Assembly: GCA_963776275.1 (NCBI GenBank)
Contig: CAVZMI010000023.1
Span: forward strand, 256,001-320,000
DNA from: Ignavibacteriota bacterium
GTDB lineage: Bacteria; Bacteroidota; Ignavibacteria; UBA10030; CAVZMI01
Reading direction: 5' to 3'
Length of the DNA: 64,000 bases
Shown: one piece after another, positions 32,080 to 42,003 of the stretch
How positions within the stretch are numbered: position 1 is the stretch's first letter
Layout: every line of letters starts with the position of its first letter
Translations under genes and position numbers: made by a program
Notes under the pieces: model-generated
What the model saw: the letters and a program-made list of their open reading frames with translations, nothing else
The model's database searches: none
Told to the model about the DNA's origin: nothing

Positions 32080-33459
32080 ATGAAAAAATCAATCATACTC
32101 GTTGCGGTGCTTGCACTGGTGTGCGGTCTGATGTCCGTCGGTTTTCAGTGTTCGTCCGCTGAACATACGAGTGCAAAGCTGTACATGCAACGGAATGACT
32201 GGAATAACGCAGAAAAAAGTCTTTTAATTGAGTTACAGAGAAATCCCGAGAACGAGGAAGCATGGTTTTTTCTCGGCCAGGTTCGGAGTGAACTGAGAAA
32301 ATACGACGGGATGAACGAAGCATTTAATAAAGCTTTATCCCTCTCGAAAGAACATGAAAAAGATATTACAACCATCCGGATGCAAAAGTGGATTGCCTCG
32401 ATCAACGAGGGCGTCGAGCATTTTAATAAGGGAAAAGATGACCCTCAACAATACGTAAAGGCAGAAGAGTTATTTAAAACTGCTATCGCGGTCATCCCCG
32501 ACAGCGTGCAACCATATAAAAATATTGCATACTGTTATCTGAATACGAGCGAACCGGATAGTGCAATACCTTACCTTGAAAAAGCAATCGCGATCAGCAA
32601 CGATGTCCAGTGCCCGCTAATTCTCGGCAAAATCTATTTTCAAAAAGCCTTGCAGGCCTACGAGAAGTTCGAGAGTCCGGCGAATATGCGTGAAGTGAAG
32701 ATCGGCATGTCGAAGGAGGAAATACGCGGTATATGGGATAATCCGGCATCGACCAATACATCAAAGCCAAAGAATAAGAAAGTCGTTGTCGACCAATATA
32801 CATATACCAATCCGCCGATGACGATGACCTTCGAGAACAATCAGCTTGTGTCGTGGGAAGAAGGCGGCCTGAAGTACAGTCTTGGAAGTAAACAATACTA
32901 TATCGATTCGACAGGTTTCCGTAAAGCACAACCTATTTTTGACCAAGTAATTAAAACGGTCAAAGAAGGACTGAAACGTGATCCGACCAATAACGAGCTT
33001 AGAACACTTCTCTCCGATGCTCTGGTTGGAGCAGGGAGAGACGAAGAGGCCGAAAAAACTTATAAAGATGGAATTGAGAAAGAACCGCAAAACAAATATT
33101 ACCACTACAATTACGGAGTTCTGTTACTCAAGAAAGATATGTTCCAGGAAGCAATCGACCAGTTCAAAACAGCGATCGAGATAGATCCGAAATATGAAGG
33201 CGCCCTATATAATCTTGCCACTGCACATATCAACTGGGGCGTGAAACTCCGAAAGGAAGCCGGAGATGATCAGACAAAACTTGCTCGTTCGAGAGAGCTT
33301 TTTTTAAAGGCCGTGCCGCTGATTCAGAGGGTCATCGATCTGAAACCGGATAATGCCGACATGTTCGAAGTTCTCGGCCGCCTTCAGACAAACCTTGGAA
33401 TGTCAAAAGAAGCAGAAGCATCATATATGAAGGCCGATGAGATTCGGAAAAAGAAATAA
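32080..33459 (+). CDS. TPR-repeat (lipo)protein
   Basis: Signal peptide ending GFQC, TPR repeats. Confidence 0.88.
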   Translation: MKKSIILVAVLALVCGLMSVGFQCSSAEHTSAKLYMQRNDWNNAEKSLLIELQRNPENEEAWFFLGQVRSELRKYDGMNEAFNKALSLSKEHEKDITTIRMQKWIASINEGVEHFNKGKDDPQQYVKAEELFKTAIAVIPDSVQPYKNIAYCYLNTSEPDSAIPYLEKAIAISNDVQCPLILGKIYFQKALQAYEKFESPANMREVKIGMSKEEIRGIWDNPASTNTSKPKNKKVVVDQYTYTNPPMTMTFENNQLVSWEEGGLKYSLGSKQYYIDSTGFRKAQPIFDQVIKTVKEGLKRDPTNNELRTLLSDALVGAGRDEEAEKTYKDGIEKEPQNKYYHYNYGVLLLKKDMFQEAIDQFKTAIEIDPKYEGALYNLATAHINWGVKLRKEAGDDQTKLARSRELFLKAVPLIQRVIDLKPDNADMFEVLGRLQTNLGMSKEAEASYMKADEIRKKK

Positions 33460-33545
33460 TTACTAGCCGCATTACTTGAAAGCCTGCTTTCGTTTTCATG
33501 GACATGAGATGAGGCAGGCTTTCCATTTCTACGAAAGGATTCTGT

Positions 33546-33878
33546 ATGCCAGAGGAACAGCAATCTCAGCAGATCAATATTGAGCTTGGTGAAAAGGAAG
33601 CTGAAGGGATTTATTCAAATCTTGCCATCATCACGCATTCACCGGCCGAATTTGTCATCGATTTTACGCGAGTCCTTCCTGGTGTTCCGAAAGCGAAGGT
33701 ACTTGCACGTATAATTATGACACCACAACATGCAAAGCTATTTCTCGGTGCACTCAAGGAGAATATCGAGAAATATGAATTAAAATTCGGTGAGGTGAAA
33801 ATTCATGGTGAAGGTCCGGCCAGTCCCGGTGGTTTTGGTTTTCAACCCATCGTGAAAAAAGATCCAAGCATCCACTGA
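33546..33878 (+). CDS. DUF3467 protein
   Basis: EGIYSNLAIITHSPAEFVIDF...RIIMTPQHAK. Confidence 0.9.
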   Translation: MPEEQQSQQINIELGEKEAEGIYSNLAIITHSPAEFVIDFTRVLPGVPKAKVLARIIMTPQHAKLFLGALKENIEKYELKFGEVKIHGEGPASPGGFGFQPIVKKDPSIH

Positions 33879-33931
33879 AGAAGAGTAGGTAAAGGTTGAG
33901 TCTAAGGTAAAGAAAAAAGGGAATTGACATA

Positions 33932-35679
33932 ATGGGACAAAAACCGTCACCTCAGTACGGCAGCTTTGTGCTTGTACTGCATTCTCATCTCCCCTATGTT
34001 GTCACACACGGGCGATGGCCGCATGGAGCAGACTGGTTGAATGAAGCCGCAGCTGAGACGTACGTTCCGCTCCTCAACGTCCTTCACGAACTTCAAAATG
34101 AGAATGCCCATCCACGTCTGACAATCGGTATTACACCTGTTCTTTCAGAACAGCTTGCCGACGAAACGTTCGTCGAGGAATTTGATCATTATCTAAAATC
34201 AAAGATCAAAGCTGCAAAACAGGATAAGGACGAATTCATACGCACCGGTCAGTCTCATCTCGCCTCTCTTGCCGTCTACTGGGAAGAGTGGTTCAAAGGT
34301 ATTCATGCCGCATTTCTCGATCGCTATCACGCGAACATCCCGGCAGCATTTCGAAAACTTCAGGATAAGGGTGTGGTCGATATCATTACATGCGGCGCGA
34401 CACATGGATACTTTCCGCTTCTCGGACTCGATACGAGCATTCAGGCGCAGGTAAAGGTTGCAGTCGAGACACATGTACGGCACTATGGACGCCGGCCGCG
34501 CGGCATCTGGCTGCCGGAGTGTGCGTATAGGCCTTCGTACCGGTGGAAGCCGCCGGTCGATTCGGAACCGACAATTGCAGAATATGAACGCAAAGGAGTG
34601 GAAGAGTTTCTTTCTGAAAACGGCATTGAGTACTTCATGGTTGATTCGGCGCTTCTCAAAGGAGGGAAACCTATCGGCGTCTATCTCGACCGGTTCAAGG
34701 CGCTCCGGAAAGCATGGGATCAATTCGACGAACATGCGCAAAGGTTTAAAGAGGATTTCACAAAAACCCCCTATGAATTATATCTGGTGGGTTCCGGAGG
34801 CAAACCAGAGAAACAGCCTGTTGCGATTTTTACGCGCGATCCGAAAACAGCACTTCAGGTATGGAGCGGCGAGCATGGATATCCCGGCGATGGATGGTAT
34901 CTCGATTTTCATAAAAAACGTTTCCCGGGCGGCCATCGGTACTGGCGCGTAACGCAGGTAAAAGCAGATATGGCCGATAAACTTGAATATGAACCGGAGA
35001 AAGTGAACGAGCGGCTCGATGAAAATGCATCCCACTTCGTCGATCTCATCGCCGCGACATTGAAAGAACATTATCAAGAAACAGGAGAATCCGGGCTTAT
35101 CACTGCACCGTATGATGCCGAGCTTTTCGGACACTGGTGGTTCGAGGGTCCGCAGTTTATTAAAAAGTATTCCAGAAGTTGAACGAGCGCACGGATGTGA
35201 ATGCCGCTACGGCAAGCGAAAAGCTCGATGAGCTCCGGCCGGCACGTGTCGTCCATCTCCCGGAGGGTTCGTGGGGCGAGGGAGGACATCACTACATCTG
35301 GCTCAATAAAGATACAGAGTGGACATGGAAACACATTTATCCTGCAGAAATTCGAATGCAGGAGCTAGCACAAAAATATGGAAATACTTCAAATCGAAAA
35401 TTAAGGAAAATTATCGAGCAGGCTGCCCGTGAGCTGCTTCTGCTAGAGTCGTCGGATTGGCAATTCCTTATCACCACGGTGGCGGCGAAGGACTATGCCG
35501 AACTGCGGTTTGCCAACCATAACAGTGACTTTCAACGTCTTGCACAAATGGCAGAAGATTATGTGACGCACGGCAAACTTCCAGAAGAGGATTGGACATA
35601 TCTTCAGGAGAGTCAGGAACGCGATTCGCTCTTTCGATCAATCGATCTTCGATGGTGGAGTGAATTGGAATTTCCATAA
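33932..35679 (+). CDS. GH57 1,4-alpha-glucan branching enzyme, frameshifted near 35165
   Basis: VLHSHLPY, GIWLPECAY, YDAELFGHWWFEG; then SWGEGG, ELLLLESSDWQF in the next frame. Confidence 0.9.
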
Positions 35680-35701
35680 TCAAGGTCCCGGGAAATATCT
35701 T

Positions 35702-37732
35702 GTGAGATTAAATTTCCTTTATTTGTGCTGCATCGGAATCGTCCTTATATCGGGATGCTTCGAATCGTTCAATCCTGTCGCCCCATCGTGGGATGTCACA
35801 TTAAACCTGCCGCTTGTGAATCATACCTATACTATACAGGATATTATACAAAACAACCCGACGCTTTTTAAAACCGATCAAAATGGGATACTCCTCTATA
35901 CGACATCTGCCGTTATCAAGCCGACAACGGTCGGAGATTCTCTTACAATCTCCGATGATAGTATTGCCTTCCAATCGGTAATCGGAAAGTTTTCGTTAAA
36001 AGATGCCTCCACAACGTCGGATACTATTACGCTTGGCCAGATAGCTACTGAGCTTGCGTCGGCCAACGGAAGTTCCGCTTTAATCCCGCAGACTCCATTT
36101 GATAAATCATCGATACCGATGGATACAATTCGCCAATTCCGGGAAATAACGATTGACCGTGGGACGTTGATCGTAAAAGTCAAAAATAATCTACCGACGG
36201 CGATTGATCATCTTACACTCACTTTTTTCGATCAATTCGAGAAAGAATCCGGGGAGATTTTGACGGCTTCGTTTCCGAATCCAATTCCGTCGAAAGGTTC
36301 AGATAGCCTGTCGTGTCCTTTGCCGGCAAGAAGGATAGGCAATCTCATTTCATTCAATGTGAGCGGAATATTACTATCGAGCGACAGTGCCGTTCAGATC
36401 GACACAAGCTCGGGTTTCCTGGTCGGTCTTCATTTCAAGGATTTGAAAGTAACGCAAGCCGAGGCACGTATTCCTGAAGTTACATTCATCACGCAGAATA
36501 CATTCCCGCTTACTGATTCATCATCGATCAGCTCGGCCGAGATTAAATCGGGACATATGTCACTCAAAGCGGCCATGCCCTATCATGCATCGGGCAACAT
36601 AAACATAAAGATTCCAAATCTTACATTACCGGATGGCAGTCCTTTTCATCCTACAATTCCTGTGACGAAGAAGCAATCGAAAATTGATACGACGTTTCTT
36701 CTGAATGGATATTTTTTCTCGGCGCCGCAGCGACAAATAAATTACACTATTGATACCCGCATCGACGATTCGGGAGCTGATTATGTAATCCTCAATGCGA
36801 CGGATTCTGTCAGCGGTACAGTTACCTTCTCGAAAATTATCCTGAAATCGCTTACAGGTATTGTCAAACCAATTACGATTACGGTAAAGCATACGGTTTC
36901 ACTTGACACTAAATCGATTAATAAGCTCATATCCGGTACAGTGCGATTTAACGACGCATCTCTTATCGCGCGATTGGGGACTCCGCCGCAGGGATTTGAC
37001 TATGATGTCGATGGTTTCATCATCGGCTGGAATCGTAAAACAGGCCGAAAAGATTCATTGCCCATCCCTCCGGACCAACGATACATCCATGCCGGTACCG
37101 ATTCCATAGTTTTTAGAAAAACTGATGTAACGAATTTCTTGAATAGTTTCACTCCGAATCTTCCGGACAGTATCGCGCTGAATGCAGTCGCGCTGGTTAA
37201 TCCGACAGGAACACAGGAGAAAACTATCTACGATACAGACAGTATTTCCGGTACCGTAAGTTTTGAGCTGCCCTTTAATCTCAGTATTGCCGGTGGAGTG
37301 TATCAGGATACGGTTTCGTCCAACGATACAAACGACTACCGGAAATCGGATATCTCGGATGGCAATGGTCGAAATATTAACAGTGCCAGGGTGGATATTG
37401 AACTCGAGAACTCGCTGCCGGTTGCCCTCGGAATCGATACACTAAAATTTCTCGATAAGGCACACAGGAGGCTGTTTGTTATTCCAAAACAGGGACAACC
37501 GCAAATTCTTGTTCAGAGTGGTGTGGTGATCGGAGGTGTCGTGACGCAGACGACTAAAAGTATATCATACATCGAATTGACGCACTCCGATGCCACCCAG
37601 CTCGATTCGGCCGACTACGTCGTGATGTCCCTCCATCTTGAAACGCCGACAACAGAGGCGGTACGCTTTCGATCGACCGACTGGGTAAAAGTGAAAATAA
37701 CATCAGCGATGAGTTATCGTGCGAACCAGTAA
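35702..37732 (+). CDS. Large beta-rich lipoprotein
   Basis: Lipobox-like ISGC; overlaps the downstream beta-barrel gene. Confidence 0.75.
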   Translation: MRLNFLYLCCIGIVLISGCFESFNPVAPSWDVTLNLPLVNHTYTIQDIIQNNPTLFKTDQNGILLYTTSAVIKPTTVGDSLTISDDSIAFQSVIGKFSLKDASTTSDTITLGQIATELASANGSSALIPQTPFDKSSIPMDTIRQFREITIDRGTLIVKVKNNLPTAIDHLTLTFFDQFEKESGEILTASFPNPIPSKGSDSLSCPLPARRIGNLISFNVSGILLSSDSAVQIDTSSGFLVGLHFKDLKVTQAEARIPEVTFITQNTFPLTDSSSISSAEIKSGHMSLKAAMPYHASGNINIKIPNLTLPDGSPFHPTIPVTKKQSKIDTTFLLNGYFFSAPQRQINYTIDTRIDDSGADYVILNATDSVSGTVTFSKIILKSLTGIVKPITITVKHTVSLDTKSINKLISGTVRFNDASLIARLGTPPQGFDYDVDGFIIGWNRKTGRKDSLPIPPDQRYIHAGTDSIVFRKTDVTNFLNSFTPNLPDSIALNAVALVNPTGTQEKTIYDTDSISGTVSFELPFNLSIAGGVYQDTVSSNDTNDYRKSDISDGNGRNINSARVDIELENSLPVALGIDTLKFLDKAHRRLFVIPKQGQPQILVQSGVVIGGVVTQTTKSISYIELTHSDATQLDSADYVVMSLHLETPTTEAVRFRSTDWVKVKITSAMSYRANQ

Positions 37733-39122
37733 TTTCATAAAAATCACACTCGTAAGCGCGGGTATGATTGCGGTGATTACGCAGTCTCCCGCACAGTCGG
37801 TTGAATTTGCAAACGCGCGCTCGATGGGAATGGCGCGCGCTTCGATGGTTTCGGCCCGTGGAATTGATGCGATCGGATTAAATCCGGCAAATCTTGGGTT
37901 GGCCGATCGATCGCCCTTCAGTGTGAGCATTTTTCCGCTTGGAGTTCATATCGGAACGAACTTCATCACGTATGAGAGGTACAAAGCATATTTTACCGGC
38001 ACGCAAACCGACAGCGGAAAAGTTGGGAGGTATTTATCCGAGTCCGACAAGGAAGACATCTTGAATTATTTCCCGGAAGGAATGGGAAAAATGGCGTCCG
38101 GGGGTGCAATCACGCTATTTGCAATGACTTATATCGATGAAAATTTGGGAGGATTTGCATTTACGGTGAACGAGCGCTTCGGCGCGTCGGCGTCGATTCC
38201 CCGCGATTATCTCAGATTATTATTGTATGGAAATCCGCTCGGATCGACATATGATTTTTCTGGGACGGAAGCAAATGGAGAGTGGTTGAGGGAATATGCG
38301 ATCTGTTATGGTCGGCAGCTACCGTCGTTCTGGCAGCACACATCGGTCTCGGTCGGTGTTTCACTGAAACTCCTCCATGGTTTTGCTTTCGGCAGCGTCG
38401 ATGAATTCTCGGCTACGGTGACGACGGATCCCAGCAGTGCTCTGACGGGTACGGCCAGGTATCGCGGCCGCCGCGCGACAATCGATGCAATCAACGATAC
38501 AACGCATTCAGGTTTTGTCCTTTTCCCTGCACCGGCAGGTACCGGCTTCGGTTTCGACCTGGGTGCAACGGCACATATTGGCCAGGCATTCTGGTTTAGC
38601 GTGAGTGTGACCGATGTCGGCAGTATGACATGGACACGAAACACCAGGGAATATCGGGGCGATACAAGTGTGACGATTACCGATCTGACGACACAGGCGA
38701 AGCGCGACAGTATTACAGACACGTTCAAATCAAAAGAATATCCAGTCACATCATTTAATACATCGCTTCCGAGCGTTCTCAGGTGCGGCGTCGCGGTCGA
38801 TGTTCAGCAGCTTCCGTTTATGAAGGCGATGCCGGGTCAGATGGTTGTGGAGCTCGATTATATTCAGGGTTTGAATTCATTGGTTGGAAATACAACTTCT
38901 CCACGTTTCGCGCTCGGCGTCGATTATCATCTGCTCCGCTGGCTGCCGGTACGAACCGGACTCGCCTTCGGCGGCAGCGAGCGCGTCCACTGGGGACTGG
39001 GCAGCGGAGTGAATCTCGATAGTTTCGATTTTGAGATAGGAACAGAGGATATCATTGCAATTCTTGCTCCGTCTGTGATGTCGACGGCTTCGCTTGCCAT
39101 AGGGATGCGTCTGCGATTCTAA
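37719..39122 (+). CDS. DUF5723-like outer membrane beta-barrel protein
   Basis: ARSMGMA..NPANL, GFGFDLG, terminal LRF. Confidence 0.75.
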   Translation: MRTSNFIKITLVSAGMIAVITQSPAQSVEFANARSMGMARASMVSARGIDAIGLNPANLGLADRSPFSVSIFPLGVHIGTNFITYERYKAYFTGTQTDSGKVGRYLSESDKEDILNYFPEGMGKMASGGAITLFAMTYIDENLGGFAFTVNERFGASASIPRDYLRLLLYGNPLGSTYDFSGTEANGEWLREYAICYGRQLPSFWQHTSVSVGVSLKLLHGFAFGSVDEFSATVTTDPSSALTGTARYRGRRATIDAINDTTHSGFVLFPAPAGTGFGFDLGATAHIGQAFWFSVSVTDVGSMTWTRNTREYRGDTSVTITDLTTQAKRDSITDTFKSKEYPVTSFNTSLPSVLRCGVAVDVQQLPFMKAMPGQMVVELDYIQGLNSLVGNTTSPRFALGVDYHLLRWLPVRTGLAFGGSERVHWGLGSGVNLDSFDFEIGTEDIIAILAPSVMSTASLAIGMRLRF

Positions 39123-39211
39123 GGCGTTCATGTAAAAACATTCAATATCACCACAAACTTGCTTCTCTTTCATTTGAGCCTGTGGTCTAAAACAATCTGT
39201 ATTTTCTGAAT

Positions 39212-39343
39212 TGCCACGAGCTTTAGCTCGTGGGAAATAAGAGGAGAAAAATGAGGGGTTTTAACCCCACATTAATTGATGTAGGGCTAAAGCCCGTAAA
39301 GATTTTTTGGATTTAAAAATCCACGCACTAAAGTACTTGGCCA
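39212..39343. repeat. REP/MITE-like palindrome cluster resembling IS200/IS605-type hairpins
   Basis: CCACGAGCTTTAGCTCGTGG, GGGGTTTTAACCCC, GGGCTAAAGCCC, CCACGCACTAAAGT. Confidence 0.7.
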
Positions 39344-39429
39344 TTCATTCGGCATTCATTTTTCTCCAACCGGATATGTTATTCAGAGGTCTCTAATTAT
39401 TTGATAATTTAAGAAAAGCATTAAAACCC

Positions 39430-39458
39430 TTGACAAAACCGTAGGAATTTTCTATGTT
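39430..39458 (+). promoter_or_regulatory. Promoter upstream of the cassette array (Pc-like)
   Basis: TTGACA-N17-TATGTT. Confidence 0.6.
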
Positions 39459-39661
39459 GAATGAAAAATAGCGTCTCTTATCAACTTATAATGAATAATA
39501 TCAGGAAACCGTATAAGACGCAGAAAGATGACCTCGAAGGATGCAACACCTTAAAATTTCGAGTTTTATAAAATATTGCAGAATCGGTATTATGAGGAAG
39601 CAGGGAGAAATACTGGTTATATATGGAAACAGTATAAATAATAGTTAGAACACAAACTTTT

Positions 39662-39931
39662 ATGAAAACACTAGACAAAAAAACACTGACATTAAAAGAA
39701 AAAGTGGAGAATTGGATAGCCCAAGAAGGTTATCCTCTTGAATTTCAAACTGCCCACGTTTTTCGTAATTCTGGCTTTTGGGTTCTCCAGGGTCATTACG
39801 TTAAAGACGAGAAAAATAATCAAGTGCGTGAAATTGATGTTTTGGCAATCTCTGACAAGGATTTAAATGGAATTTTGCTTAGGATTGAACATATTATAGA
39901 ATGCAAATGGATATTAAAGAAAGAAAATTAG
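39662..39931 (+). pseudogene. Truncated PD-(D/E)xK nuclease-like gene
   Basis: GYPLE...REIDV...IECK, then a stop eight codons later. Confidence 0.65.
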
Positions 39932-39961
39932 AATTTGTTGATCATTACAGGCGTGCTGCCA

Positions 39962-40756
39962 ATGGACCTTAGGTCTTCAAAATTACATTCGGTAGGCTGG
40001 CAACCTGTTTACATGGAGCTCATATGGTCATTGGAACATTTGCTTCGCCAGATAGCCAGTGATGTAAAGATGGAAGTTGGTGAACGATGGACATTGGGAC
40101 ATTTCAGACATCAAATTGGCGAACAGAAGCTTATGCCGCCAGTTCTTTTCAAGTCCTTAGATGTCCTCATTTCACATCGTAACATGCTGGCTCACGCACG
40201 CATATCTTACGAATCTGATGCAAGCGACTATCTACCAGATTTGGATGCAATCAGAAATCTAATTCTTTGGTATCTCTCGGACTTCGTGTCTGGTCCTCGA
40301 ATTCCAAGAAGTGAGGCCGTAAATCTGCTAGATGATGGCTTAACGGTTATTGGAAAAAGAGGAAGAACTATTTTCATCTCATATGCGAGAGAGGATGAGA
40401 AAAAGGCAGCGGAGGTATATGATGCACTCATTGGCAGAGGGCACATGCCATGGATGGATAAGAAAGAGCTAGTTGCAGGACAGGATTGGAAACTTAAAAT
40501 ACGCAAAGCTATTGAGAAGTCACAGTATTTTGTTGCATTGATGTCCGAACAGTCGGTAACCAAGAAAGGATTTGTCCAAAAAGAACTACGCTTTGCTTTG
40601 GATGTTCTCGGTGAGATTCCTCCTGGCCAAATATACTTTATACCTGTGCGCCTTGAAGAGTGTGAGGTACCAGATGCCATAAGAAGTTTGCACTGGATCG
40701 ACCTTCGGAGAAAAGAAGACTTAGAGCATCTATTTCGAGCAGTCGAGTATGAATAG
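39962..40756 (+). CDS. HEPN/DUF4145-like + TIR domain protein
   Basis: RNMLAH (RxxxxH); IFISYARED...WMDK..L.AGQDW...VQKEL...IPVRLEEC. Confidence 0.85.
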   Translation: MDLRSSKLHSVGWQPVYMELIWSLEHLLRQIASDVKMEVGERWTLGHFRHQIGEQKLMPPVLFKSLDVLISHRNMLAHARISYESDASDYLPDLDAIRNLILWYLSDFVSGPRIPRSEAVNLLDDGLTVIGKRGRTIFISYAREDEKKAAEVYDALIGRGHMPWMDKKELVAGQDWKLKIRKAIEKSQYFVALMSEQSVTKKGFVQKELRFALDVLGEIPPGQIYFIPVRLEECEVPDAIRSLHWIDLRRKEDLEHLFRAVEYE

Positions 40757-40767
40757 ATAAAACAACG

Positions 40768-40842
40768 CCATAACAAGCGGTTGAAGAAGGATTGGTAAAT
40801 CCGCTTCGCTCCTTTACCAACCTCTTAACCGCAGCGTTAGGC
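40768..40842 (+). mobile_element. Integron attC site
   Basis: CCATAAC AAGCGGTTGAAG...CTTAACCGCAGC GTTAGGC; imperfect palindrome with an unpaired G. Confidence 0.85.
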
Positions 40843-40856
40843 CGCTTAACAAAAAT

Positions 40857-41693
40857 ATGCTTCCAAAAATATCATTACATCAATATTTAGATTCTGTTGT
40901 ACAGAATTATAATAAGTTCAAGGAATCATTCCCAAAGGCATTTCATACTGCAGAGGAGCTTAATGATTTGTTTTGGCAATTATATGAAACAGATATTGCA
41001 TCACAACCCGAAATATTATGGCAACAAATGTCGCACGAAATGATGTTCGGCTGTCTTATAAGTTGGTTAAATTCATTTGTGAATGCTGTGTCAGGTCTTG
41101 ATGAACTCGCTCAAACATCTGCTAGACGTGCAATCGAATTTGTTTGTTATATTAATAAAATTCGTAATTCTGACGAGAGGGCAGATTTATGGATGAGACA
41201 ACGCAAAAGTGATGATTCTCGGAAACAATTTATACGCGAATTTAGCGTACCTAGATGTTATTTTTCTAAAGAATATTCACATTTAGAAAAACTTTTACTT
41301 ATGTATGACCATTATTCAGACTTTGGAACTCATGCAAACTTATCTATGCTTGCAATGAAAAAAAAGGAAGAAGGGCCAGCATTTACTGATATAGTATTTG
41401 ACGAGTTTAGATATATTCCAATGAATGTAAATACAAAAATCTATTTGGGGTATTTGCTTGTAGAATCAATACTGCATAGTACAAAAGAATTTACAAGAGA
41501 TAATGAAACTCTCTCTAGAAAACTCGAAGCAATTAATTCATTAGTTAGACTTGCTGATGCAGAAATAATATCATTTGAAGTGAAGTCTGGAATTGAACCA
41601 GAAATTATTAATACCTTATTAACTAACCCAACATTGCTAAAATCAAAATTTGAAAAGCTAAAACAGTCATATTCATCTCGCGATAAAAAATAA
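40857..41693 (+). CDS. Gene-cassette protein, HEPN/DUF5677-like
   Basis: Helical, RRAIE and YDHYSDFGTH motifs; AT-rich; flanked by attC sites. Confidence 0.7.
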   Translation: MLPKISLHQYLDSVVQNYNKFKESFPKAFHTAEELNDLFWQLYETDIASQPEILWQQMSHEMMFGCLISWLNSFVNAVSGLDELAQTSARRAIEFVCYINKIRNSDERADLWMRQRKSDDSRKQFIREFSVPRCYFSKEYSHLEKLLLMYDHYSDFGTHANLSMLAMKKKEEGPAFTDIVFDEFRYIPMNVNTKIYLGYLLVESILHSTKEFTRDNETLSRKLEAINSLVRLADAEIISFEVKSGIEPEIINTLLTNPTLLKSKFEKLKQSYSSRDKK

Positions 41694-41710
41694 TAGTATT
41701 CATTTAAGCG

Positions 41711-41964
41711 GCCTAACCAGCGGCTCAAGCTGACCGGATGAGCGTACTACTTTACGCATGGCTGATGGTGGGTTATTGTTTTTATTAGTATGTTCTTTGT
41801 ATCTCATGACTTTAGTATTTATTAATATTGTTTTCGGCATGAACTTGTTTCGGATAGTACATGTTGCGGGTTTGCAGTGCCGCAGCTTACTTGTCCGCCG
41901 GTTGTCGTGTTTTTCACAGTCCCACGATTTTAAGTGGGATTGGCGGAGCGCCCGTCTGTTAGGT
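41711..41964 (+). mobile_element. Long attC site carrying a palindromic insertion
   Basis: GCCTAAC CAGCGGCTCAAGCTG...CAGCTTA[insert]GCGCCCGTCT GTTAGGT. Confidence 0.75.
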
Positions 41965-42003
41965 GCAATTGCTCTTAAAGACTGTGAATAAGGAGAAACA
42001 CTA

